Assembly (NCBI GenBank): GCA_001782805.1
Contig: MFPT01000004.1
Span: 1-39,089 of the forward strand
From: Candidatus Magasanikbacteria bacterium RIFCSPHIGHO2_01_FULL_41_23
Lineage (GTDB): Bacteria > Patescibacteriota > Patescibacteriia > Magasanikbacterales > UBA922
Length of the DNA stretch: 39,089 bases
Reading direction: 5' to 3'
Shown here: positions 1-9,500 of the stretch, one piece after another
Position numbering within the stretch: the first letter of the stretch is position 1
Layout of the letters: each line of letters opens with the position of its first letter
The notes under the pieces: generated by a model
The model's input: only the letters and a program-made list of their open reading frames with translations
The model's database searches: none
What the model was told of the DNA's origin: nothing
Translations under genes and position numbers: made by a program

Positions 1-57
1 CTTTGACATATATTGTGTCCATGGGTTAATTGAATAAGAGTTATTCTATTATTCCAT

Positions 58-363
58 TTACACAAAGTATTTTACAGACTCCTCGAACATGATGTCCGAG
101 TTGACCCAGTCGTAGTGGCCCGCTTCAATCATCTCCGCGAGCGTGCGATCCGAAACCGTCACGGAGTAACTGGCCGTTTCGACTGCGCCCGGCCGGGCGG
201 CAATGAGCAACTTAGCGATGTCTGTCGCCAGTTGCTTGTTTTTGAGAATCGCACGGACATCTTCGTCCGTGCCGCCCTGGGTGAGAACCGCATTCGCGAT
301 TGCTTTCGCAATCTCGTGCCAACTCCCCTCCCAACTGAGAAGATCACTCTTTGGACGAGCCAT
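58..363 (-). pseudogene. GC-rich orphan ORF, probably C-terminally truncated (ends shortly after a YDWVNSDI motif)
   Basis: ATG at 363 with an AAAGGAG SD and a TTGACA-18-TATAAA promoter at 487-458. GC-rich coding switches abruptly to AT-rich sequence near position 80, followed by a stop. Confidence 0.5.
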
Positions 364-521
364 TGAGTTTTCTCCTTTCACACTAGTAGCTTACCGCTTG
401 TTCAGACACCATGCCCAAACCTACGGCTTACCAGTTAAAGGAACACATTGGCCGATCTTTATACCATGAAATAACCTTAAATGTCAAATAGGCTTGACAA
501 CCCGCTCCTTAAAATTTGCCT

Positions 522-550
522 TTGACAACTGACTTTTTTCTCGATATTCT
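522..550 (+). promoter_or_regulatory. sigma70-type promoter upstream of the NYN gene
   Basis: TTGACA (522-527), 17-nt spacer, TATTCT (545-550). Confidence 0.6.
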
Positions 551-596
551 TATACATAAGGAAGGGCACAATTGAGAAAATTATATTTTATTTTCA

Positions 597-622
597 GTCC
601 CCTGAGCTAAGTCGAAGGGGAT
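597..622. repeat. Palindromic element family 1 (core TGAGC-n-GTCGAA), also terminator-like
   Basis: GTCCCC-TGAGCTAAGTCGAA-GGGGAT followed by a T-run. Confidence 0.75.
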
Positions 623-649
623 TTTTATTTTTTAATATTTTGTTACGCT

Positions 650-1147
650 ATGATACAAGGAGGAAATAATTTTGCGTTTATTGACAGTCAAAATTTAAAT
701 AAGACCATAGAAAATCAAGGTTGGATCTTGGACTATGAACGGTTTTTTGTATATTTGAAAGAAAAATATCAAGTAAAGAAAGCTTTTCTCTTTTTTGGAT
801 ATATTCCAAAATATGAAAGTTTGTATAATTATCTCAGACAATGTGGGTATATTTTAATTTTTAAACCAGTTTTACCGTACTCCCACACACCCATTAAAGG
901 AAACATTGATGCGGAATTAGTGTTGCACACAATGATTGTTTATGACAAATTTGATCAGGCTGTTATTGTAACTGGAGATGGTGACTTTTATTGTTTGGTA
1001 GATTATTTGCAACACAAAAATAAATTATTACGCTTGTTGATCCCAGACGCACATCGTTATTCTGGATTATTAAAAATATTCTCTGAAAAAATTGATTTTA
1101 TGAATAGAATGAGACAAGCACTCGAATACAAAAAAGCCCACAAATAG
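650..1147 (+). CDS. NYN (LabA/DUF88, PIN-like) domain ribonuclease
   Basis: Acidic motifs FIDSQNL, KGNIDAEL and VTGDGDF. Confidence 0.9.
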   Translation: MIQGGNNFAFIDSQNLNKTIENQGWILDYERFFVYLKEKYQVKKAFLFFGYIPKYESLYNYLRQCGYILIFKPVLPYSHTPIKGNIDAELVLHTMIVYDKFDQAVIVTGDGDFYCLVDYLQHKNKLLRLLIPDAHRYSGLLKIFSEKIDFMNRMRQALEYKKAHK

Positions 1148-1161
1148 TGGGCTTTTTTGTA
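1127..1161. terminator. Bidirectional intrinsic terminator
   Basis: Perfect 15-bp inverted repeat TACAAAAAAGCCCAC-AAATA-GTGGGCTTTTTTGTA overlapping the NYN stop codon. Confidence 0.85.
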
Positions 1162-1218
1162 AGAGTCAATTACATATAGACGGAACCATATGAACCTACT
1201 CTCGTAGTAAATGTAACT
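1130..1218 (-). ncRNA. Candidate structured small RNA convergent with the NYN gene
   Basis: Own promoter (1225-1253), long imperfect hairpin at 1162-1202, then the terminator. No substantial ORF. Confidence 0.55.
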
Positions 1219-1224
1219 AAGTTC

Positions 1225-1253
1225 AGTTTATCACAGCCAAAAACAGCTGTCAA
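1225..1253 (-). promoter_or_regulatory. sigma70-type promoter with extended -10
   Basis: TTGACA (1253-1248), 17-nt spacer ending TGA, TAAACT (1230-1225). Confidence 0.7.
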
Positions 1254-1275
1254 TAAAAAATGTGAAATTAAAAAT

Positions 1276-2646
1276 TTAACTGGCTAATATCTTAACAATA
1301 GTCTGGCGAATTTTATTTTGATCAACAATTTCCTGAATACCTGATTCCATATTGCGCACCAACACTGTCCCATCCTGGACTTCCTTTTGACCAAGAATTA
1401 ACGTGTGAGTCGCATTATATTTATTGGCCAATTCCAATTGCGCTTTGAGCGATGACTTGGCCAAATTATGGCGAACGACAATGCCATTTTGCCGTAATTC
1501 TTCAATTGTTTTCAATACTCGTCGTCGCGCCTGTTCACCCAAATGAGCAAAAAATATTATTGGCTTGCTGGATATTTTTTGCGGTTCAAGGTTAGGCAAA
1601 GCCTGCACTGCGTGCATCACTCGCTCCATACCAATCGCAAAACCGGAGGCTGGTGTTGGTTGTCCGCCCAATTGTTCAATCAATAAATCATATCGTCCAC
1701 CACCACCAAGCGCGCTCTGGGCGGTTTCATTGTGTTTATCTTCAAATAATTCAAATACCGTATGCGTATAATAATCCAATCCGCGCACCAAAGTTGGCGT
1801 CAGAACATAGGGAATGGCCAGCTCATCCAAATATTCCAGCACACTCATAAAAAATGTTTTGGAAGTTTCCGATAACCAATCAACGATTTGCGGTGCTTCG
1901 GCCACAACTGCCGAGCATCCATCCACTTTACAATCCAAAACGCGCAACGGATTTTTTAATAAACGTTTTTTGCAATCATCGCACAAATAACCGCGTTTGC
2001 CACGCAAAAATCCGGTTAACTCAACCAAATAATTGGCACGATCGGTTGGAGTTCCCAGAGAATTGATACGCACCGTAACAGTCAAACCCAAATCACGCAA
2101 ATAATTATAGGCGACCGCGATTAATTCAGCGTCAATAACCGGAGCGGATTCACCAATGGTTTCACAATCAAACTGATGAAATTCGCGATAACGACCGGCT
2201 TGCGGACGATCGTAGCGAAACAGTGGTCCAATATTCCACAACTTAACCGGCTGAGACAAAGTTTGCATGCCTTGCATAATATAACTGCGCGCCACACTCG
2301 CAGTCATTTCCGGACGAAGACAAATTTTACCGCCATCACGATCTTCAAAAGCGTACATTTCTTTGTCAATCACATCAGTTCCTCGTCCAAGCGAACGAAC
2401 AAATAATGAAGTTGCTTCAACGACAGGTGTTTCAAAATAATGAAAATCATACGCCGTGGCAATATCAATCGCAGTTTGCGTCATGCGCAACCACAAATCA
2501 CCTTGTGGCGGTATAATATCCTTCATACCTCGCACCAAATTCAACGCCACAGCCGGCTTGACCGGCAAAACAGGTTTGCTCACTGATTTGGTTTTAGCCA
2601 GCGTAACTTTGACCGATTTCTTTTTTGCTTCTTTTTTGATTAACAT
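1276..2646 (-). CDS. hisS: Histidine--tRNA ligase
   Basis: Motifs RGMKD, LRPEMTASVAR, FRYDRPQAGRYREFHQ, LVRGLDYY and GGGRYD. The first ATG (2646) is taken as the start. Confidence 0.97.
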   Translation of the reverse strand: MLIKKEAKKKSVKVTLAKTKSVSKPVLPVKPAVALNLVRGMKDIIPPQGDLWLRMTQTAIDIATAYDFHYFETPVVEATSLFVRSLGRGTDVIDKEMYAFEDRDGGKICLRPEMTASVARSYIMQGMQTLSQPVKLWNIGPLFRYDRPQAGRYREFHQFDCETIGESAPVIDAELIAVAYNYLRDLGLTVTVRINSLGTPTDRANYLVELTGFLRGKRGYLCDDCKKRLLKNPLRVLDCKVDGCSAVVAEAPQIVDWLSETSKTFFMSVLEYLDELAIPYVLTPTLVRGLDYYTHTVFELFEDKHNETAQSALGGGGRYDLLIEQLGGQPTPASGFAIGMERVMHAVQALPNLEPQKISSKPIIFFAHLGEQARRRVLKTIEELRQNGIVVRHNLAKSSLKAQLELANKYNATHTLILGQKEVQDGTVLVRNMESGIQEIVDQNKIRQTIVKILAS

Positions 2647-2662
2647 AGTGAACAACAATTAA

Positions 2663-3277
2663 TTACAAATTATAACTGGGTCGAGAAAAAGTACTGACAC
2701 GAGAAAATGGCCAGCCACGCACCCATACTCGGCCAACAACATCATCACGATCAATTGCCCCAAATCGCCGTGAATCAAAACTGGCATCACGATTATCTCC
2801 CATCACAAAAAATTGATCATTGCCCAATGTGATAGTCACTGATCCGGGCGTGGCTTCGGTCAAATATCCTTCGGGCAAAACCATTCCTTGCGGATGAGCT
2901 TCATTATATATCACAACTTTATTTCCATCGACCTTAATTCGTTCGCCGGGCAAACCAATTATGCGTTTTAAATAATAATCATCGGATGGGCGATAATGAA
3001 GCACAATCACATCCCCACGACTAGGCTCGTGAAAACGATACGAAAGTTCATCAATAATCAAATAATCACGTTCTTCAAAAGTCGGTTCCATTGACTGTCC
3101 TTTGACATAGAACGGCTTAAACAAAAAATAACGAACAAAACCAATCGTAATGCCGGCCAAAACCGCGATTTTTATAAATTCCAAAAGCAAAATTCCCAAT
3201 TTTCCAATAAATCCGGGTTCATGGATTTGAGGCGGCTCTTCATTGATCGTATCCAAAATTGGTGATTGGTCTATCAT
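2663..3277 (-). CDS. lepB: Signal peptidase I
   Basis: N-terminal TM segment; GQSMEPT (Ser), YLKRIIGLPGE (Lys) and GDNRDASFDSR. Confidence 0.96.
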   Translation of the reverse strand: MIDQSPILDTINEEPPQIHEPGFIGKLGILLLEFIKIAVLAGITIGFVRYFLFKPFYVKGQSMEPTFEERDYLIIDELSYRFHEPSRGDVIVLHYRPSDDYYLKRIIGLPGERIKVDGNKVVIYNEAHPQGMVLPEGYLTEATPGSVTITLGNDQFFVMGDNRDASFDSRRFGAIDRDDVVGRVWVRGWPFSRVSTFSRPSYNL

Positions 3278-3363
3278 AAAATAAGAAAAAATAGTACCAG
3301 CTCACTATACTGGTCTTTGCAGGAAAAAGCAAGAGCTGTGATACAATACAATCATTATAATTT

Positions 3364-4482
3364 ATGGATATCACCAAGCTATACCAAACTCAGGTTTCCC
3401 TCACTGAATGGCTGGAAAAAATTGGCCATCCCGATACCGCCGCGATGAGAATTGAAGACAATAACAAGCGCGAACGACTCAAAATAATTAAACAGATAAT
3501 TGATCTGCCATTTGATGAGCCCACGCAATTTTCCGCGCGCGAAGTGGCGGATCAGAGTCCCGGATTTCAAGAATTTTTAAAAATGCGCGGACATGAACTC
3601 TGTGCTCTGCGCTTGATTCCGCTTAAATCTGATTTGCCGAAATTGCGCATGCGCGGCCAATCTGTTCGTGATGTTTTGGTTTGGTTTGCCGAGCAAAAAA
3701 TTGATCCGAATAATTACAAAGCGGATTTTGTGCCGCATACGGATGAAAATAAATGGTCAACAATTTTTGTGGTTAATGAGAATGGTATTTTTGGGGAAAT
3801 TATTCGAGGCGGACATCATCAGCTGACTCAAGGATTTTATACTGACCATCAACCAGTCGCGTTTTCATTTGATTGGAATGAATGGCACTGTGATACTGAT
3901 GACTCTGATAACAGGGAAGCACTTGAACATCTGCGCGCGATTACTGATTATTTAAAAGTGACTGAAAAAGCCAAGCAAAAATTATTGGACGAAAAATTAA
4001 ACGCTGAATTTGCCCATGATTATTTGCTCGGTTATTTTGAAACGGTTACGACTGATGAATTCGGCATTTGGTTTATTGATTACAATCGTATTTTGGGAAA
4101 AATGTATGATGATTTTTCTGTGGCGCAGTCTACACAAACCACAACCAAGATCATATCCCAGCAAACCATTTCCGGCCAAATTGGTAATCCCGGAATAGTG
4201 CGAGGAAAAGTACGAATTGTGGAATTGGAAAACATTGCGACTACTGATTTTAAGGAAAATGAAATTTTGGTTTGCGACATGACTACGCCGGAATACATTT
4301 CTTTAATGCAAAAATCCGCCGGAGTAATCACTAACCGTGGCGGAATTTTGTCGCACGCGGCGATTGTTTGCCGCGAACTGAAAAAACCATGTTTGGTCGG
4401 GACGAAAAATGCTACTGCAATTTTGAAAACCGGGGATGAAATTGAATTGGATGCGAATAAAAATATAATCAAAAACTCATAA
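3364..4482 (+). CDS. PEP-utilising enzyme mobile (phospho-His) domain protein with an unknown N-terminal region
   Basis: C-terminal GGILSHAAIVCRELKKPCLVG and ILVCDMTTPEY. Confidence 0.85.
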   Translation: MDITKLYQTQVSLTEWLEKIGHPDTAAMRIEDNNKRERLKIIKQIIDLPFDEPTQFSAREVADQSPGFQEFLKMRGHELCALRLIPLKSDLPKLRMRGQSVRDVLVWFAEQKIDPNNYKADFVPHTDENKWSTIFVVNENGIFGEIIRGGHHQLTQGFYTDHQPVAFSFDWNEWHCDTDDSDNREALEHLRAITDYLKVTEKAKQKLLDEKLNAEFAHDYLLGYFETVTTDEFGIWFIDYNRILGKMYDDFSVAQSTQTTTKIISQQTISGQIGNPGIVRGKVRIVELENIATTDFKENEILVCDMTTPEYISLMQKSAGVITNRGGILSHAAIVCRELKKPCLVGTKNATAILKTGDEIELDANKNIIKNS

Positions 4483-4504
4483 AACCAACTGTACTGCCCT
4501 GATT

Positions 4505-4762
4505 CTATCCTACATGATCTCGGAATTCTTCTTCAGTACAGATGTTTGAAACAACCAATTTATCCATAAATGCTTTCACAATATATTTATTGACAGTATT
4601 GTGTTTGAAAGGAATTGGAAACGGTCGATCCCAAAAATTATACTTAACTATAATCTGGTGCTTACCACCGGCTTTGATCGTCATATGAGGTTTCTGACTC
4701 AACCAATTAAGTAACTTCAGCAACTTTCTTCGTTTCACATCAGTAAATTCTCCCATACACAA
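4505..4762 (-). CDS. HicA-like toxin
   Basis: 85 aa, basic, with a GGKH motif and a PFPIP strand; lies directly downstream of a HicB-like gene. Confidence 0.6.
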   Translation of the reverse strand: MCMGEFTDVKRRKLLKLLNWLSQKPHMTIKAGGKHQIIVKYNFWDRPFPIPFKHNTVNKYIVKAFMDKLVVSNICTEEEFRDHVG

Positions 4763-5146
4763 TTATGCAGTTGCCAACTCATTCTGCCAACTCATTTGAG
4801 ATTTTTTATACACCACGTTACCAAGTTGTTCAAATTGTTTTTGGGTAGGTTTAAACTTCCTTGATTCAAGAAGACTAAAATAAGATATAGGGATATTATA
4901 GACTGAAAATAACGCATCGTTCACCATATCAACAAACTCTTCGGCAGATTCTCCTTGAGTCATGAATTCATTACCATCGGCCATTATTTTTCCAACAATG
5001 AATTTGCCGTCTCGTGTCCATTCAACTTGAATCTCTTTCGGTAATTTATTAAAATAAGCAATAAAAGCTTCTTGGGAAAGGTGGCAATGTTTTTGTGCCT
5101 GAAAAAAATTGATAATTTTTTCCTTAGCAAGTTTTAATTGAAGCAT
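4763..5146 (-). CDS. HicB-like antitoxin
   Basis: FMTQGESAEEFVDMVNDAL matches the HicB TQG-x-(S/T)-xEE helix motif. Confidence 0.65.
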   Translation of the reverse strand: MLQLKLAKEKIINFFQAQKHCHLSQEAFIAYFNKLPKEIQVEWTRDGKFIVGKIMADGNEFMTQGESAEEFVDMVNDALFSVYNIPISYFSLLESRKFKPTQKQFEQLGNVVYKKSQMSWQNELATA

Positions 5147-5267
5147 AGATATAAATAACTACATAATTATATAAATGAAGTATACTAGAAATTCTAAATT
5201 TCTGCAAGAACTAAAAAAATCCTCCGACAATGGGAATTTTTTATTTTCCTTAATCTTTCCATCTGGG

Positions 5268-5341
5268 TGGGCGTGGATGGAGTCGAACCATCGACCTTTA
5301 CATTATCAGTGTAACGCTCTAACCAACTGAGCTACACGCCC
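5268..5341 (-). tRNA. tRNA-Ile(GAT)
   Basis: Cloverleaf GGGCGTG..CACGCCC-A; anticodon arm TTACA-CTGATAA-TGTAA; T-loop TTCGACT. Confidence 0.97.
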
Positions 5342-5355
5342 ATTAAAATATCCAC

Positions 5356-5432
5356 TGGTGGGTCTGGGCCGATTTGAACGGCCGGCCTTCGCGATGTCGA
5401 CGCGACGCTCTAACCAACTGAGCTACAAACCC
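5356..5432 (-). tRNA. tRNA-Val(GAC), CCA encoded
   Basis: Anticodon arm TCGCG-TCGACAT-CGCGA; T-loop TTCAAAT; 3' ACCA. Confidence 0.95.
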
Positions 5433-5490
5433 CTAACCCGCCCTGATTTTTTTTCAGAGCGGGTCTTAAACTAAAATTCAGTGATAATAT

Positions 5491-5868
5491 TTATAAAACC
5501 AAATCATCAATCCCATCAATCGCACTCGTGTCAACATCGCCTGATGGAACTGATGAAGCAGGACTGGCAACCGAAGCATTATTTTCTGGACGCATAGAGC
5601 GCGGACCGCGACTGCCAATGGGCTCATTAATTTTCAAATTAACACTGGCGTTATTTTTGGCGCCAACAACGCGGAGTAACATGCGGATGGAACGAACGGT
5701 TTGACCTTGACGACCGATGACATAACCAATATCAGTCGGGGCAACATCAAGCGTAATAAGTACGCCGCGTTCGTCCACAGTTCTGGTTGATTTGACCGCG
5801 TCCGGATTGTTAACAATCGCTTTGACGACGAACTCTAAAAACTGTTGATCCTGGTGCATATCTGACAT
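5491..5868 (-). CDS. khpA: KH-domain RNA-binding protein KhpA
   Basis: DIGYVIGRQGQTVRSIR (GxxG loop); conserved position downstream of rpsP. Confidence 0.92.
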   Translation of the reverse strand: MSDMHQDQQFLEFVVKAIVNNPDAVKSTRTVDERGVLITLDVAPTDIGYVIGRQGQTVRSIRMLLRVVGAKNNASVNLKINEPIGSRGPRSMRPENNASVASPASSVPSGDVDTSAIDGIDDLVL

Positions 5869-5996
5869 ATCGTTCTACTTAACTAAATGAGTAAAATGAA
5901 GCAAACGCATTCCAAAAGAATTGCTTTTGTTCACGGATTAGAATACCAAAAAAAAATCCTCTCGTCAAGAAAGGATTTTTTACATATACGACTCAA

Positions 5997-6425
5997 TTAA
6001 GCTTGGACAATTTCTTTAACTTCAGAAATAACTTCGGCCACTGATTCAACTTCAACCGGTTCTGCTGATTTTGGTTCGGCTGTTTTTGTGGCAGTTGCTT
6101 CGGCTTTGGCTTTTTTATCGGCTTTGGCTTTGTTTAATTTTGCCGTCCGTTTTTTGGAAAAGAAAACTGAACGCTTTTTATCGCCCTTGACAATTCCCGC
6201 ATTAATCAACAAATTGTTTACGGTTGGTGACATTTGCGCGCCGACTGACAACCAATATTCAATGCGTTCTTTTTTTAAATTAATGACTTTGGTTTTTTGA
6301 ATCGGATCATACTGACCCAAAATTTCAATCTGGCCGGACTGGGTATCTTTATGTTTGGGAGAGACAATCAAACGATATGACGGTCGTTTGGTTTTTCCCA
6401 TTCTTTGCAAGCGTAGAACCAACAT
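5997..6425 (-). CDS. rpsP: 30S ribosomal protein S16 with a Lys/Ala/Glu-rich tail
   Basis: MLVLRLQRMGKTKRPSYRLIV...YWLSVGAQMSPTV. Confidence 0.97.
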   Translation of the reverse strand: MLVLRLQRMGKTKRPSYRLIVSPKHKDTQSGQIEILGQYDPIQKTKVINLKKERIEYWLSVGAQMSPTVNNLLINAGIVKGDKKRSVFFSKKRTAKLNKAKADKKAKAEATATKTAEPKSAEPVEVESVAEVISEVKEIVQA

Positions 6426-6485
6426 AGCACAAATGACTAAAATTCAATTAAAAGTTAACGAGAGTTTGTGACGGATAACGGGGGC

Positions 6486-6514
6486 AGTGTACCGAAGTAA
6501 TCTAGATATGTCAA
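6486..6514 (-). promoter_or_regulatory. rpsP promoter (its -35 overlaps the smc stop codon)
   Basis: TTGACA (6514-6509), 17-nt spacer, TACACT (6491-6486). Confidence 0.7.
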
Positions 6515-9500
6515 GAGGTAGCCTGTAGTTTAACACTCAACAACTTGCTCACTCCATCCGCACCCATAGTAACGCCATATAGCACATCTGCCGCGTGCAT
6601 AGTGGCGCGATTGTGAGTAATGAGGATAAATTGGGATTGGGTGGCCAGTTCATGCAAAATAGTATTGAAACGAATCGTGTTCGCTTCGTCGAGCGCGGCT
6701 TCCACTTCATCCAAAAATACAAAGGGCGGCGGATTGGTGTGCAAAATTGCGGACACGAGCGCGATTGAAGTGAGTGTCCGCTCTCCTCCCGACAACGCGG
6801 CAATGTTTTTTATTTTTTTGCCAGGAGGAATTGCCACCACATCAATGCCCATGAGAATTTTAGTTTTTTTCTTAAACGGATTTTCTGATTCTATTTCTTC
6901 ATTTTTTGCGCCATCTGCATTTTCCATTTCCGAATTTTCCGCTTCTTCACCATATACTTCCACCAAATCCGCTTTGCCGCCATCAAATAAAAGCGCAAAA
7001 TACCGCGCGAATTCTTGGCGAATTTTACTGAACGCGGCGGAATGCTTCTTCTTCATCACTGAATCCAATTCCGTAATTAAAGTTTCAATGTCAGTCGTCG
7101 CTTTATTTAAATCAGACAATTGGCCGGATAAATTATCATAGCGTGTTTGGGTTTCTTCATATTCTTTTAACACTTCTTCATCAATGCCGCCAATCAAACT
7201 TAAACGATATTTTAATTTGGCAATTTCATTTTTTATTATTTCCCATTGTTCCGCTTCGTATATTTGACTCTGATTGGTTTGCCACAAAGCCGGCGACTGT
7301 TTTAATTCCGAGTAACCATCGCTCGCCAGATCTTCGCGCCGTGTTTCCAATTTAACCAATTCCATTTGTTCGGCATTTTTCTGAGCAGTCGTGTCATTCA
7401 AGCGCGATTGCGATTTTTGCATAATATCTTGCAACGCGAAGATGCGTTGCCGTTTTTCTTCTTCCACGCGATTGAGAGCACCCATTTGTTCCCGCACAGT
7501 CGTAATTTTTTTCTCCAAAGAAATTATTTTTTGCACAATCTGTTCACGTTCTTCGGTTAATTCAGCAGTAAAAACCGTATATTCTTTTTCATTCATAGTT
7601 GAAAGTGAACGTTCTGATTCCAAATTTGCCAATTCAACGGACAAAGCAGTTTGCGTGTCTTGCGCGAAGCGAAATTTTTCCACTAAAGTTCGCTCTAATA
7701 CTTGCGCTTCGCTCACACTTTTGTGCGTTTCGCGTTCATTCCTTTCCAACTCAGTTAATCTAGCTCGCGTTTCGGTTAACTCATGTTCAATATTATCCAT
7801 TGAAGCCGCGACGGTTGGCCGACCCAGAGTAAAGTGCAAACCGGAATTGGTCAAACGACGATATCCGCCTTTCATGGAACCATTCATTTCCAAAACATCG
7901 CCGGACAAAGTTACCATGCGTAAACGACCAATGCCCAAGTCGCGCGCCACGACAATGGAATCCACAATCAGAGTGGCCCCAAAAACAAAAGAAAAAATAT
8001 CCGCTAATTCCGATCCAAAATGAACCAAATTGACTGCCAAGCCATGAACTCCTTTGCGTTGCAGGTAATCGGACAAATCATGGGGAATCGGACGCGATCT
8101 AATTTTATTTAATGGTAAAAATGTGGCCACGCCCAGTTGGCGTTCTTTTAAAAAATTAATACAAGCTTCGGCCACGCCATCGTGCTCTACAACAATGGAG
8201 GATAATTGACTGCCGGCCGCCACTTCCAAAGCTAAACGAAATTTTTCTTCCACACTCGCCAGCTGAGCGACCAAGCCATGGACAACACCATTGAATTGAT
8301 GGCGCGCGCGCAAAATTTCTTCGGCCGAACGCAAACCGGAAAAAGAAACTTCATGATCAGCTTGACGCGCGTCAAACCAATGTTTTTCCAAACGACTGAC
8401 TTGAGCCAAAACTTCCGCTCGATCATGCATTATTTTTTCCACCAATAATTCCGTTCGTTGACGATCATCTCGCGCCACGACCAATGTATGCTCCAACCGA
8501 TTTGATTCGAGCGACAACTCGCTCGCTCGCGTTGTGAGCGTGGCAATTTTTTCTTCCAGCCAAGCCACGTTTTGTTTGCCGACTTTGGAATATTCCGTAT
8601 GTAAACGTCCGGTAATAATTGATTCTTGCCGCTCGATTTCAATTTTTTCTTTGGTTAAATTTTGGTATTCACGTTCCAACTCATTAAATTGTTCTTGGCG
8701 CGACGCGCTTTTGGCCAATATTGCCAATTCCGTTTGAATTCCCAGCAAATTTTTTTCCTGCGTCTGATATTCATTGTCCAAGGCGGTCATGGCCACCCGT
8801 CGCGTTTCAATATCCGCACTCAAATGTTCATACACGCTAGCATAATAATCAGTTAGCAGACGGACTAATTCAGCCTCAACTTCTTGCCGTTCGGTTAATT
8901 TTTTAGCCTGCCGCTTCAACGTTTTTAAATGCGGTTCAATTTCCGCGAGCAGTAGTTCCGCTTGCGTAATATTTTCTTTGGTGCGACACAATTTTAAATA
9001 ACTTTGATGTCGCTTAATTTGAAATTCTTTAATCCCAACTGCTTCGTCAAAAAAACTTTTTCGTTCGCTCGCGCTCTGCAATAAAAGTCGATCAATCATG
9101 CCCTGACCGATAACACCGTATGAACCATGTCCAAATTGCGCTTGCGCCAACAACAATTGCAGATCCAGCAAGCGCACTTGATTGCCATTAATGAGATATT
9201 CACTTTCACCACTCCGATATACGCGGCGAGTAATTATTAATTCTTCATATTCAATCGCGGCACGCTGATCATGATTATCCAGCACCATGGAAACACTGGC
9301 CACGCTCAAATGGCCACGATGTTCAGACCCGCTAAAAATAATATCTTCGCTGGTTTTGCCGCGCAATTGTTTTATGCTTTGTTCGCCCAAAACCCAGCGG
9401 ACGGCATCAGCGACATTGCTTTTGCCACTCCCATTTGGCCCCACAATCGCGGTAATGCTAAAATGACCGCTGGCAGGCGGATTAAATTCCAAAACCGTGG

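Noticed and set aside
6620-8023. 173-aa and 210-aa plus-strand ORFs within smc, and similar short ORFs opposite other genes
   Set aside because: They are antisense shadows of well-supported genes, with no motifs or expression signals.
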